From positions 1 through 64,000 of the forward strand of contig CAWDGJ010000003.1 in the NCBI GenBank assembly GCA_963801815.1: DNA of 64,000 bases, in the 5' to 3' direction. The notes under the pieces were generated by a model. The model did not search any database. It was not told where the DNA came from and saw only the letters and a program-made list of their open reading frames with translations. This document shows, piece after piece, positions 21,441 through 33,061 of this stretch. Source of the DNA: an uncultured Verrucomicrobiae bacterium (GTDB taxonomy: Bacteria; Verrucomicrobiota; Verrucomicrobiia; Chthoniobacterales; UBA10450). The number at the start of each line of letters is the position of its first letter. The stretch's first letter is position 1. The translations under genes were made by a program, and so were the position numbers.

Positions 21441-21740
21441 GATAATTCGGCTTCCTGGAGTGTTCGGATCGAGGTCGCTCCGGAGTTCCCCGGCGCCTCG
21501 ACAAGGCATGGAGTGCCAAATCTTGAATCCTGCCGCCCTGCGGCAATCTGCATTCCGGAAGCGTTATGGATGTACTACCGGCAGCGTAATCTTTAGATGC
21601 CTGCTCATCTTCATTTTACCGTAACCACATTCCAAAATCGCAGATAAGATAATATCTGCCCGTAAGCTGTTGATTTTTATGGTTGCTGCTTACTAGCGAT
21701 CCCATTTACCATCGTCGCCAATCCTGAGACCAAATCCCCT

Positions 21741-24700
21741 TTGAATCGAATCCTTTTCCTAATTGCACTCGGTCTCAGCTTGGGGATTGCGGCTCCAGTT
21801 TTGTACCCTATCGCTCAGACGGCAGTTACTACAGCTGGACCCAACGCTATCGCGCCACGCGGTGGCTTTCCGAAGCTTCCGGCGTTCGCAACCAACGGCT
21901 CGATTCCCCAATCGCCGAGCCCAAGCTACGTCGGTGGAACTTGGTCAGCTTTAGTTAACCAAGCTCCAGATAGTATCAATTACATGCTGTTGTTATCGGA
22001 TGGCTCGGTAATGGCAAAAGGATTTGCTCCCGATGGAACCGGAAACGCGTGGTACCGGCTCAAACCGGATGTCACTGGCAGTTACATCAACGGAAGCTGG
22101 ACAGTCCTCCAGCCGATGAACGACACTCGGGAATACTTTTCGGTACAGTTGCTCACTGACGGAAGAGTGTTTGTAGCTGGAGGGGAATACCCTCGGGATA
22201 CGAATAATAACATCATTGGTAGGGCGACAGCGGAAATCTATGATCCGGTCACAAATATATGGACTTACATTAATCCACCTGTTTCCCTGCTCGACCCTGC
22301 GTCGCCGTCACCGGCATTAGGGAATGGAAACCAAGCCTTCTCTGATTCGGTCAGTGAGATTCTCCCGGACGGCAGCGTTCTGGTCGCACCGGTAGGCCCA
22401 AATACATACGGTGGCACATTAATCTACAGTGCTGCCACAAATTCGTGGTCAGCCGGGCCTACTCTTGCGAACAATGTTGGATACCAGGACGAGGCGGCGT
22501 GGGTAAAGCTTCCGGACGACAGTATCCTCACAATTGACCCGTTCGGTCAGAACGGCTATTCGGAGCGTTACATTCCTAGCTTAAATAGCTGGGTTTCTGA
22601 CGCCAACGTGCCTGTCAACCTATATGACCCATATGGTGGTGAAGAGGGCGCGGGTTTCCTCTTGCCGAATGGACAGGCGTTTTTTCTTGGCAGCACAGGA
22701 GTAACTGCGCTTTACACGCCTTCCGGTTCGACGGCAGCTGGGTCATGGACCGCTGGACCGGTAATACCGAACTCACAAGGGACTCCCGATGCGCCGGCGG
22801 CAATGATGGTCAATGGCAAGATTCTCTGCGCCGTTTCACCGCTGCCGACTTCTGCCCAGCATTTTCCATCCCCCACGAGCTTTTACGAATACGATTACAG
22901 CACAAACACGTTCAATCAGGTGAACGGCCCAACCGGCCAAACCCAGCCCGAGCCTTCATATCCATCTGTGATGCTCGACCTGCCAGATGGAACTGTGTTG
23001 TACGCAGACTCTGATTCTCAGCTGTATGTCTACCAACCTGCCGGAGGACCGCTAGCTAGCGGAAAACCGACAATTAGCTCCGTCACCCTGAATCAGGATG
23101 GTTCGTATCAGCTCACAGGCACGTTACTCAATGGGATCTCCGAAGGCGCCGCTTACGGCGATGATTGGCAGATGGCGACAAATTACCCGATCGTTCGGCT
23201 GGCCGATAGTCTCGGACGGGTCTACTACGCCCGGACCTACAATTGGAGCAGCAGAAGTGTTATGACTGCCAATCAGTCGGAAACAACGACGTTTACGCTT
23301 CCTGCCAATCTATCATCTACTACGACGTACTCTTTAGTTGTCGTGGCGAATGGAATTGCGTCAGATCCCGTACCCTTCAGTATCACTTCGACTCCAACCC
23401 CGACTCCGTAGCGGAACCCCTACGCCAACTCCAACAGCAACGCCAACGCCGGCGCCAACGACCGGCCCAGCAGTGATGCTTAGCCCACCCCCGGGATCGA
23501 CTTTCAGCTCCTCAAGCGTGACCTTCAACTGGAGTGCCGGCAGCGCCACCGCCTATATTCTGCTGGTGGGCAGTTCTCAGCACGGCTCTGACATTTACAA
23601 TTCGGGCATCGTCCACACTCTCTCAGCGACGGTAAACAGAATGCCCACTGATGGGCGCACGATCTTCGTGACCTTAACCTCTCAGGTTAATGGCTCTTGG
23701 ATCACCAACAATTACACCTATAGGGCTTCTGGCGGAGCCCCGACTCCAACGCCTACACCCACTCCGGTGCCGACACCTACTCCGACTGCCACACCAACTG
23801 CTACTCCTACTCCGACTACCACACCAACCGCTACTCCCACGCCTACACCGACATCAACGCCTACACCAACTCCGACTCCGACATCAACCCCCACTCCTAG
23901 TCCTACCCCAACTGCTACTCCCACTCCCACTCCGACGACCGGCCCAGCAGTGATGCTTAGCCCACCACCGGGATCGACTTTCAGTTCGTCAACCGTGACC
24001 TTCAACTGGAGCGCTGGCAGCGCCACCGCCTATATTCTGCTCGTCGGCAGTTCTCAGCACGGCTCTGATATTTATAATTCCGGCATCGTTCACAACCTGT
24101 CGGCGACGGTAAACAGGATGCCCACTGATGGGCGCACGGTCTTCGTGACGTTAACGTCTCAGGTTAATGGCTCTTGGATCACGAACAATTACACCTATAA
24201 AGCTTCTGGCGGCGTCCCGACACCGACGCCGACTGCCACGCCTACCCCAACAGCTACTCCGACTCCAACGCCGACACCGACTGCTACCCCCACCGCAACA
24301 CCAACTGCCACGCCGACACCGACTGCAACACCTACTGCGACTCCTACGTCGACTCCAACTCCAACGGCCACTCCAACACCAACTGCTACTCCTACGCCGA
24401 CAGCCACCCCGACTCCAACGCCAACTCCCACTCCGACTCCAACAGCGACCCGCCCTACCCAGCAACCGGCCCAGCAGTGATGCTTAGCCCGCCACCGGGA
24501 TCGACTTTCAGTTCCTCAACCGTGACCTTCAACTGGAGCGCCGGCAGCGCGACCGCCTATATTCTGCTGGTGGGCAGTTCTCAGCACGGCTCTGACATTT
24601 ACAATTCGGGCATCGTCCATACCCTCTCGGCGACGGTAAACAGGATGCCCACTGACGGGCGCACGGTCTACGTGACGTTAACCTCTCAGGTTAACGGCTC

Positions 24701-25753
24701 CTGGATCACCAACAATTACACCTATACGGCTTCCAACGGAGCTCCGACCCCGACACCCACACCTACGCCTACTCCACCGCAGGGATTAGTTATTAACGCC
24801 ACTTTCGATAGCTCGATCACTACAAATCCAAACGCCGCAGCGATTGAATCGATGATTAATCAGGCGGTTGCGAAGTATGAGTCCTTGTTCGCCGACCAAA
24901 TGACAATCTCGATTCTTTTCCGTTACTCAACCACCGATCCCGACGGCAGTCCCCTCGATCCAAACAACATCGCGCAAAGTAATTTCGGAGTTTACACCGC
25001 ACTCTCTTGGAACACCGTCATTAACGCGTTGAAGGCGGACGCTAAGACAAGCAATGACGCAACCGCGAACGCCACTCTGCCCGCAACGGCCATGTCGACG
25101 AACATAATTCCTTCGAGCGCAGGTGGAAGAGCGGTCGGAATGAATACACCACCGATAATGTTCTCGGATGGAAGTGTAGGAGCTGGAGCGCTCCGTACGA
25201 CGGAATTGTTACGCTTAGTTCTGCACAACCGTTCCAGTTTACCCGTCCTGTCAGCGGCTCTAACTATGATGCCTTGCGCGCAACCGAGCATGAAATCGAT
25301 GAAGTTCTGGGTCTTGGGTCGTATTTGAATTTCGGTGGAAACAATCTGCGACCACAGGACTTGTTCAGTTGGTCGTCGTCTGGAAACAGAAACCTCGGGA
25401 CCGGTGGCTCGCGCTATTTTTCCATCGACAATGGAAACACGGATATCGTCGGCTTTAGTCAGGACCCAAACGGCGATTTTGGAGATTGGCTGAGCGGCTC
25501 CTGCCCGCAGTCCACTCCCTACGTGCAGAACGCCTTCGCTTGCACCGGTCAGTCATCCGATGTGGCCGCGACTTCACCGGAAGGTGTTAACCTGGATGTC
25601 ATCGGGTATGACTTGATTGGTTCGGGTCCGGACGCCACAGCGATCCAGCCGGCGCCTCCGAACAATAGTGCTGCTGCCGCGATTCCAGTCCCGGCCGTTT
25701 TCGCGGCGGGCAGGCATGTCAGTCACGGGCAACCCGGTGAGATCGAACGCTAA
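21741..25753 (+). CDS. Secreted Kelch/beta-propeller protein with three ~90-aa repeats, PT linkers and a C-terminal NF038122-like metalloprotease domain, apparent frameshifts
   Basis: [50 protein letters not shown]; ORFs 21741, 23338, 24477 and 25274 join. Confidence 0.8.
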
Positions 25754-25783
25754 ATCGCTACTTCACTAGGTCGCATCCATCGG

Positions 25784-25829
25784 CTCGTTCTGGCGAAAAA
25801 CTCGCCGCGGCCGTGCGGTTGTCGACGCC
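25784..25829 (-). pseudogene. luxR 3'-end relic 1
   Basis: Translates as GVDNRTAAASFSPER versus GVENRTAAASFSPER in 33062..33601. Confidence 0.85.
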
Positions 25830-25874
25830 GTTTATGTAGCAATTTGCCGCCGGTATGTGACCTTTTTTCAGCTC

Positions 25875-27197
25875 TCAGCTTTCACCTTTCAGACATTCCT
25901 CCTTTGTGGCGCCGATCACAGCAATGAAAAACATGAGCACGACTGCGCACCAGCTCGCCGCGCCGGCGGATTTTAGCGCGAGCAACGCCGGATGAACCCC
26001 AGTTTCTCGAAATGGCAGCGAGAGCGCCGCCGCGGTCGCGACCATCGCCGCAAGCAATGAAATTCGAGAGCCGCGACGCTGTTCAACGAAGACGAGCGTG
26101 AGTCCGACAACGTAGACCAGCGTGAGCATGATCATGTGCCGGGCGGTTGTTTGCGGACCAAAGATCAAGGCAAGAACAATTAAGGCGGCCCATTCGATGT
26201 TGGTGGTCTGCGCATGTGCGCACTCGACCTTCGCCACAGCGGGCCGGAAGAGATCGACATCGTAACGACGACCAATCCAAATGATCGCGCCGACGATCGC
26301 GACAAATAAAAGCGCGATAACGATGACAGCCACGGTGCTCGAAAGTTGTAGCGACTGGGTTAACCGAAAAACCGACGAGCTGAGCGAAACGGAGTTGCTC
26401 CAGGCGATGGAATTGACAACCGGGACGCCGTCGCCGGGCACGACTTCCGCGAATCCGCGTCCGCCAATGACTTTTTCCAAGACTGCTACGGCATTCACGA
26501 TGTAATCGCCGATCAATCGGCGGCCGATTTCGATTGTGGGCAGCACGAAAAAAAAGGCGAATGAAAGCGCGGAAGTGACGGCTGCGCGGTAATTTCGTTT
26601 GATGACAAAGTAAGGCACGAAAATCAGCGCGAGATATTTGAAGTTCGCGCAGATGCCGGCGGTGATCGCGGCCAGTTGTGGCCGCTGGTCCAGCCAAACC
26701 AGGATCAACGCCAGCCCGAGCAGAATGAGGCAATCCGTCTGGCCTAGAATGAACTCGCTCCGGATTTTTTCGAAACTGAGCAGAAGCGCGCCGGCGCTAA
26801 CGAGCAACGGCATTGCCCCGTCGCCGTCCCGTACTGCGAGCTGCCAACTGCCGGTGATTTTTCGCGAAGCCACGATCGTCGCGGCGACGGTGATGATCGC
26901 GATTAGGACAAGCCAAACGAGAGCGGCCACCCGTTCGGGCAACAGCGCCAGCGGTTGAAAAACGAAGGCTAGCAAAGGCGAGTAAATGTACATGCCGTTG
27001 GCGGCCGCGTGGATCTCGGCGTGATCGATCATTGCGCGCGCGCCGAGGTAAACGACATGAAAGTCATCCGGCGCTTTCGCTTCCGCCCATGCCCGATTGA
27101 AGCCGGGAATTGCCGCAGCTGTGAGCAGAAGCCCGATAGCGACAATGGCGGCGCCGCGCGCGTAACGCGGCAAACTATGTGGCTCCAATCGCACCAT
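25875..27197 (-). CDS. Glycosyltransferase family 87 (DUF2029, GT-C fold)
   Basis: DFHVVY.GA, YIYSPLLA..F.PLALLP, LGQTD, ANFK, many TM helices. Confidence 0.85.
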   Translation of the reverse strand: MVRLEPHSLPRYARGAAIVAIGLLLTAAAIPGFNRAWAEAKAPDDFHVVYLGARAMIDHAEIHAAANGMYIYSPLLAFVFQPLALLPERVAALVWLVLIAIITVAATIVASRKITGSWQLAVRDGDGAMPLLVSAGALLLSFEKIRSEFILGQTDCLILLGLALILVWLDQRPQLAAITAGICANFKYLALIFVPYFVIKRNYRAAVTSALSFAFFFVLPTIEIGRRLIGDYIVNAVAVLEKVIGGRGFAEVVPGDGVPVVNSIAWSNSVSLSSSVFRLTQSLQLSSTVAVIVIALLFVAIVGAIIWIGRRYDVDLFRPAVAKVECAHAQTTNIEWAALIVLALIFGPQTTARHMIMLTLVYVVGLTLVFVEQRRGSRISLLAAMVATAAALSLPFRETGVHPALLALKSAGAASWCAVVLMFFIAVIGATKEECLKGES

Positions 27198-27291
27198 CCT
27201 GCGAGAATAATTTGAAAACGGGTTTCTCGAATAGCCTGCGCCGCCTGAATTATGTGTTGGGCAAGACCTCAGGTTCAGATGTGACGTCGGT

Positions 27292-27372
27292 GTCGCGTCC
27301 TGGCGAGAAACCGGCGCCGGCGGTTTGGTTCTCGACGCCAAGATTTGGCTAAACGTGCTCGAGATGCTTTCC
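27292..27372 (-). pseudogene. luxR 3'-end relic 2
   Basis: Translates as GKHLEHV*PNLGVENQTAGAGFSPGRD. Confidence 0.85.
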
Positions 27373-27488
27373 GCAAACTGTACCACAACCCAATCGTGAT
27401 GTAAGACCAAAGTCCGAAGACCAAGGTCTCATGCGCAAAAACGCAATTGTTGGTTCAATGCATCGGTAATCCAATACTGAGAGGAACC

Positions 27489-27701
27489 ATGAGCACCGAA
27501 TCGACAATCACCCAAAATGGCGCGCTTTTCTTCGCGCAGCATCGAGCTTCAAAAAGGATCGTGCTTGTTCGGAAGTTACGAGCCAAAGCAAGGAAGCATA
27601 CGCCCGCTGATGCGTTCCCGATCGGGCGCCTAAACATCCACGAGCCGCCTTTGTTCAGTGGAGTTCACTTTCCCCAATTAGCACCCTTGGAACAATTTTG
27701 A
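27489..27701 (+). CDS. Small basic hypothetical protein, paralog of 872..1066
   Basis: GAGAGGA RBS; shared N-terminal motif. Confidence 0.55.
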   Translation: MSTESTITQNGALFFAQHRASKRIVLVRKLRAKARKHTPADAFPIGRLNIHEPPLFSGVHFPQLAPLEQF

Positions 27702-27924
27702 ACAAGCACCAGGACCGCGATTAAATGACGACAACGCTTTCATATAAGTCGCCACTCTCGGACAAAAAAGGACCCAAATTATGATAAGATCCAGCGTTAT
27801 TTTTAGATATGGCGTGCTGCACTCTCCGCCGCCACCCTTAAATCTTTCACGAAAGTCGCTTTCGAGGTCTCGCCGAGTCCACATTTATACTGGCCTCTCT
27901 AGGCAGATTCACCGCGCGCCGCTG

Positions 27925-28116
27925 TTGAGACATGGAAAACAGTTGGCAGCGATTATCTTAGCGCTGGGCTTCCTTGTCTGCTCATGGTTCACCTTCTCAA
28001 CGCCCCACACCTCAGCTCGAAGCTACCCGTATTACGATACGCAAAAGCCTGTGCCGCCATGGAGCGAGCCCACGCCACTTGAAGGCAATCGCGACAGAGC
28101 GGGAGCGCACCGTTGA
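27925..28116 (+). CDS. Possible small single-TM or secreted protein
   Basis: Hydrophobic stretch LAAIILALGFLVCSWFTF; start uncertain. Confidence 0.35.
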   Translation: MRHGKQLAAIILALGFLVCSWFTFSTPHTSARSYPYYDTQKPVPPWSEPTPLEGNRDRAGAHR

Positions 28117-28500
28117 ATATGCTTACTGCAATGGCAAGCCGCGTTTCCGCAGGTGATCTAGATTATGATCTAAAGCCGTGGGGTTATGAGGTTCACTGCG
28201 CGATTCCGTGCTCGTCAGATTGAGACGAGCTGTTTGGTGAAATCCATTACGCCGCGGTGAGTCAGCGAATCAGGCGGACCGAAGCTCAAATTGCGAGCCA
28301 GAAACAATTGCGCAATATATGCGAAATATTGAATGTTTAAGGACGACCCCCATTTTCCATTTTTGAAGTAACTTTGGTCAGTGGAAAATTTCCCCTTAAC
28401 TCGGCGGAATCTCTTGCGGGTTTTGTAATTTTTTCTGAAACATTGGATTGACATTCACTACGAATAAATGTTTTCATAAAGTCCTTGGTTCAAGCTGGTC

Positions 28501-29048
28501 ATGAAAGGCTTACGATCGATTGGCTTTCTCAAACTCTTGACCGCGTCCGCTTGTTTCGTGTCGGCCGGCGTGGCATTTGGACCCCCATTGCCATCAAATT
28601 CCATGGCAGAGCAGGTGACCTCACTTCCCAAGGTGAGCCGAGCGGAGGAACGATTGTAAATCCAAATGACTTTGGTGGTATTCCGGGTAGCCCGTTAGGA
28701 TCTTACATCGGCCCGACGACGGACCCCAGCGGAACCGGCGACCCAAATGTTTTGCTGGGCCCCATCGTCCCTGTGAGTCCACCAATCACCGCTCCACACA
28801 TCGCCCCCATTGCGGACCCCACTGGCATTGGCGACCCTGTGAGTCCACCGACCACCGCTCCGTTCATCGCGCCGACGACGAACCCCAGCGGAACCGGCGG
28901 CCCAAGTGTTCCGCAGGGCGTCGTCAGTCCTAATACGCCAGTTACCGCTCCGGACGGTGGCTCTTCGATTGAAATATTGTCGATCGGCCTGGTGGCACTC
29001 CTTCTTTTTCGCTGGAAGATGGTGCGGGCCGCCAATCGCGCGATTTAG
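28501..29048 (+). CDS. Pro/Thr/Gly-rich VPDSG-CTERM-like (APDGG) surface protein, apparent frameshift near 28580
   Basis: Signal peptide MKGLRSIG..VAFG; DP[ST]G[TI]GDP repeats; APDGGSS followed by TM and basic tail. Confidence 0.75.
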
Positions 29049-29425
29049 ATTCGGTCCGAATTCGAGAACGAAGCGACCGGCCAGGAATTCGCGGCTGCTT
29101 CACGTGGTTTCTTGCGGATGCCCATCGCATGCCGCTCGGGGCCCCTAGAAAATGAATGATTTCGTGAATACAGTTTCCAACCCGACGGTTGCTGAATTTG
29201 CCAGAGCCAAGGTCGTCGAAACTCGGGCGACGATTTTTTCGAATACGGTTGTTGCGGATTAGCTCGGCTGTCGGGCTAGACGAATCTGGGGAACTTCCGA
29301 CGACTGACGCGAGGTCGTCTTGCAATGGGTTTCGCCATCGCCACTCGTTAACTCACTAAATCCAACAAAGAGCCGCACCACGCAGCGGCTTTTGTTGTTT
29401 GGATTATCTCATGATTGGTCCGGGA

Positions 29426-29785
29426 TCAGTTCAGAACGACCACGTGATCAATCATTCGTTGGTCCCCAACGTTGGTGTAAAAAACACGCACCCGTGTGCC
29501 CGGTCGGACTGAGGCTATTACCGGGTCGCCCTTCTTATCCACAACGCGACCGCGCCCATCGATCGTGTACGAGACGGGTTTGTTCGCATTGTCCTGACGG
29601 ATGACCAGCGTTTTGGCCGGCTGATAACTGGTAGCCGCGCCGTCTTCAGTAGCGGTAATGATTGTTCCCGTTACCGTGACTGTTGTTTGAGTTTCGGTTG
29701 TTCCGTTGTGCGCGGAACGCGTTTGTCCGAAAGCCAGCGGCGCAACAAGTGCGCAGCAGGCGAGCGTGACAATTGTTCTTAACAT
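29426..29785 (-). CDS. Small secreted beta-rich protein, paralog of 16880..17243
   Basis: GGAGG RBS, signal peptide, followed by a similar hairpin near 29369-29393. Confidence 0.8.
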   Translation of the reverse strand: MLRTIVTLACCALVAPLAFGQTRSAHNGTTETQTTVTVTGTIITATEDGAATSYQPAKTLVIRQDNANKPVSYTIDGRGRVVDKKGDPVIASVRPGTRVRVFYTNVGDQRMIDHVVVLN

Positions 29786-30062
29786 ATAATACCTCCGTGT
29801 TTGATGGTTGATTTTTTCACTTACGCGGATGTTCATTGCTTAATGCATGCCCAACTGCGCACTCAGATGTAATCAACGACTCTTGAGGCTCTTACACAGA
29901 TCCGCGCATTTTTCGCCACACGCTAACTTTCCCGAACTTGGGACTGAGCCGTGTCGTTTTTGGGAACAGGACACAGCAAAAAGCTAACTCCCTTAAGTAT
30001 CTATAAAGAGAGCAACGATTCCCGAACCAGTTGGAGTCCCAAAACTCAGGCAGCAGCAATCT

Positions 30063-30266
30063 TCAGCCAGTTCTTCTCCATCTGGGCCGCCGCTCGTTCG
30101 AATCCGGCTCGCTGGCCTCGCGATTTTCCGAATCCAAGAAGGACGAAATCTCAATCACCCTGCCGTGTTTAAAGATGTACGCATAGGGGGTTTGAACCCA
30201 TTTTTCCGACAGTTCGGGATGCCCCAGCCGTGAAGTTTTTGCCGGTTTCAGGTATTCAAGCGACAT
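30063..30266 (-). CDS. Small hypothetical protein
   Basis: ORF with a GAGGG-type RBS; no family recognised. Confidence 0.35.
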   Translation of the reverse strand: MSLEYLKPAKTSRLGHPELSEKWVQTPYAYIFKHGRVIEISSFLDSENREASEPDSNERRPRWRRTG

Positions 30267-30329
30267 ATTTTGTTCCCTCTCTTTTTTCCCTGCGTCGTTT
30301 CGTGATCTCCTCATCTGGCTCGATTGCCC

Positions 30330-30575
30330 TCACGCGGCATGCGCTATGGCTTTGTTGATTTTCTTGAAACTCTCGCTCGGAAAAATTCCTTTGTCGCAAG
30401 TCTCAGTGTCGAGAACTACGAAAGGAGGCACTTTGCCATAGTGAAAACCGGAGCTGTCTTCGTACCCTTCGGGTATCAAACGATGTAAAAAGCTCACGGC
30501 AACGCCTTTTTTCGCAGTTTCTGGCGGGAGGCCGAACTGCCAGCTTTGAGCAACAGTGGCGGTTGAGTTTGTCAT
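30330..30575 (-). CDS. Small hypothetical protein with a PEGYEDxxGFHYG motif
   Basis: IPEGYEDSSGFHYG. Confidence 0.55.
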   Translation of the reverse strand: MTNSTATVAQSWQFGLPPETAKKGVAVSFLHRLIPEGYEDSSGFHYGKVPPFVVLDTETCDKGIFPSESFKKINKAIAHAA

Positions 30576-30737
30576 AACATTTAGTTCTTTCTCGCAACGA
30601 GGCTAGCGACTCATGCGGAGCGGCGCTCTTCGATGATTGTGAATTGCCGTGCATTTCTTGTTCGTCCCGGCGAGGTCCTCCGTATGACGTGTCTTTAATA
30701 GCGTTGCTTGGGCGCAAGCCATTAGGGGGAAAGAAGG

Positions 30738-30800
30738 CTAGGCGCGATCGCGCTCCCCGGAATCTCGTTCTGGCGAAAAACTCGCCGCGGTCCGGTTTTC
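30738..30800 (-). pseudogene. luxR 3'-end relic 3, including the stop codon
   Basis: Translates as ENRTAASFSPERDSGERDRA* versus ENRTAAASFSPERDSGSRDRV*. Confidence 0.9.
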
Positions 30801-31015
30801 CAATACCTATCGCTCATCACTTGCATATGCCCTTTGTTCTTCACAACACTCCTCTTTTCTTATAGAAACCGCTATGAATGTGAAAATCTCCGCAATCGCA
30901 CTAGGGCTACTCTCTTTCATTTCGCTAACAAAACTGTGCGCGCAATCGCCCGGTCAACTTTACGCTCTCGGTGTAAACATGGGCATCCTCTCCTACCAAC
31001 TGACGGCGATACAGA

Positions 31016-31567
31016 ATGGTAAGGATCTACCGTACAGTCCAAGCGGCGTTTAAGGCGATGTCGAGTTCAGTGCAGTCCGCCGTGGCCGCTAAGAAACAGA
31101 TTGATACCTCTGCAGGCGGTGCATTTTTGCCCGATGGCAACCCCAGTCTCTCAGACTGGGCGCAAGAAATAGCGACAGCAACCCCAGAAGACAATCTCGG
31201 CTGGTATCAAACAAATGTCGCGAAGGTTATATCACAAATCACAAAGATAAGGTCTGATTACTCCCTCCAATTGGCGAAGGGTGGCCCACCAAACCTCGCT
31301 CAAGCCTATGCGCTCGGAGTGAACCTTGGAATTGTTGAAGGCCAGGCTACCAGTGGCAACAACGATGCTCGGAGCGTCATTAACGATGCGCTGGAAAGCG
31401 CAAAGGGCCAAGCGCAAGCGTTGGGACTTGATCTCGGACCGTTAACGACTCTCCAACAGCAGATCTTCGCCAAAAACCCTGCGGATGGAACGAATAAATA
31501 TTCACTCGACGACCTTCACAATGGAGCCATCGCCCTCCGCGCGTCTTACCAGACGCTGCTCAAGTAG
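31016..31567 (+). CDS. Hypothetical helical protein (start uncertain)
   Basis: 183-aa ORF with protein-like composition. Confidence 0.65.
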   Translation: MVRIYRTVQAAFKAMSSSVQSAVAAKKQIDTSAGGAFLPDGNPSLSDWAQEIATATPEDNLGWYQTNVAKVISQITKIRSDYSLQLAKGGPPNLAQAYALGVNLGIVEGQATSGNNDARSVINDALESAKGQAQALGLDLGPLTTLQQQIFAKNPADGTNKYSLDDLHNGAIALRASYQTLLK

Positions 31568-31850
31568 TGTTAGGCCGGACATCCGAGACGGTAATAGTAT
31601 ACGCGCGATTCGCGGTACGCCGTCCGTCCGTTTCCTTAGGGGTGTGAACGGACGGACGGGCGTCAGCGCGGACAGCGGACGGCGAATCAGAACGCTGAGA
31701 GGCTCGTGGATTAAAGATAACCGCTACTTCGCGTGAGACGACATCCGTCAGACCAAAGCCTAGCATGACATTTGTGACGCGGTAACCGACCAGAGATAGA
31801 ATATGCTGCCCCTGCAATTATAGACCAACATCAAATCAAAACCTCATAAT

Positions 31851-32853
31851 ATGAAAATTAAACCGGAACAAGCGGTCAATGCAGTAATAGCCTTTAAAGA
31901 GCGCCAGCGCATACAAACGCAAAAGGAAGACAAGATCATGTTTGATCGGGTAAAAAACCGGAAAGCCTTTGAGAAGAAAAAGGAAGAAATGATAATGAAG
32001 GCGAATGGCTTAAAGAAAAAGGACCTGGAAGGAATCAGGAAAGAGACTCAAAAGAGTTTTAAGCAATCGCTCGAGGCGTTCAAAAAGATCAAGCGGCCCA
32101 AAAAAGAGCCAGCACTTCAATTATTGTCGCGGTATGCAGAGCGGTATGGTAACCGCCATCCAGATCCGGGACCAGGTCCAGGACCAGGCCCACAACCAAA
32201 GGATATTACCCAGAGTATCTGTTTCGCATCAGCTATTAACTGCAAGGGTGAGTCGTGTGAAAGTCAGAACGCAGTCATCTTTCCGGTATTCGAGTCCGAT
32301 TCAGTAGGCGGTTATTTTGGCAATGAAGCGTTCGTGGCATCACCGGATCGGTCGAACAGTCTCTTTTATTCGTTTGAACCTTTGCAGAACGGTACAGCAA
32401 CCATTATTTCAGAAGTGCTGCTCACCGGTGTGGTCTTTGCTAACACCGACGCAATGGTGGCAGCGGCGAGCTTTTTTGTCCCAGGCGCGTGGGGTGCACG
32501 AAGTACCAGCGGATGTGAAACTCAGCTTGCGAATGAATGTATGGCAGGGTAACACGATCATTGCTTCAAGCCCCGACCAAGTCGTAGCGGATATTCATTG
32601 CCAGGATGGGGACAGCAAATTTCTGGCGTTCCGGGATGATTTTTTCTCGCTGATACTAACAACAATTGTTACACAGAATGAATCGATCGTCATTGAATTG
32701 ACGGCAGTGGCGAATCTTACTGGTCGATCTCAGTTTGGCATAGCTGTTGTTGATTTTGCGAAAGGACACAAGTTAGATAATTTCGATTTTGGGATTCGGG
32801 TGCCACAACTTTGCGTGTTCTTCGATAGTCCTGTTGTCAACGTGCCGTATTGA
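31851..32853 (+). CDS. Hypothetical protein: Lys-rich N-terminus, PG linker, beta-rich C-terminus; apparent frameshift near 32480-32520
   Basis: Overlapping ORFs 31851..32552 and 32317..32853; AT-richer than the flanks. Confidence 0.6.
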
Positions 32854-33061
32854 TAAGGCGCAAACGGCGTCAGCATGGAGAGCAGTCGAAGCGGCCTGTA
32901 CCGATTGAAGAAACAAGGCGGAAAGTGGAGCATCATCGAGATGGAGCATTACGGACACGTCCTTCCAACCGCAGACGCCTAGGCCAAGGGACCTCAATCT
33001 GATACAACGCGCAGTTTTTCCTGCAGCGCGATTGGTTCGTAGTCGTAATTAAAGATTCAAG

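Noticed and set aside
20010..24780. PT tracts and 90-aa repeats as a CRISPR array or DGR template/variable repeats
   Set aside because: They are coding repeats with mostly synonymous variation. There is no fixed repeat-spacer period, no cas or RT gene, and no evident adenine-specific mismatch pattern.
27198..27410. N-terminal extension of the GT87 ORF
   Set aside because: It overlaps luxR relic 2 in another frame; the ATG at 27197 fits better.
28205..28262. Possible fourth luxR 3'-end relic
   Set aside because: Only short matches (TGGTGAAA, GCCGCGGT) and no coherent translation.
30835..30848. Third LexA box (TGTTC-TTCA-CAACA)
   Set aside because: One mismatch in the core and no repair gene nearby.
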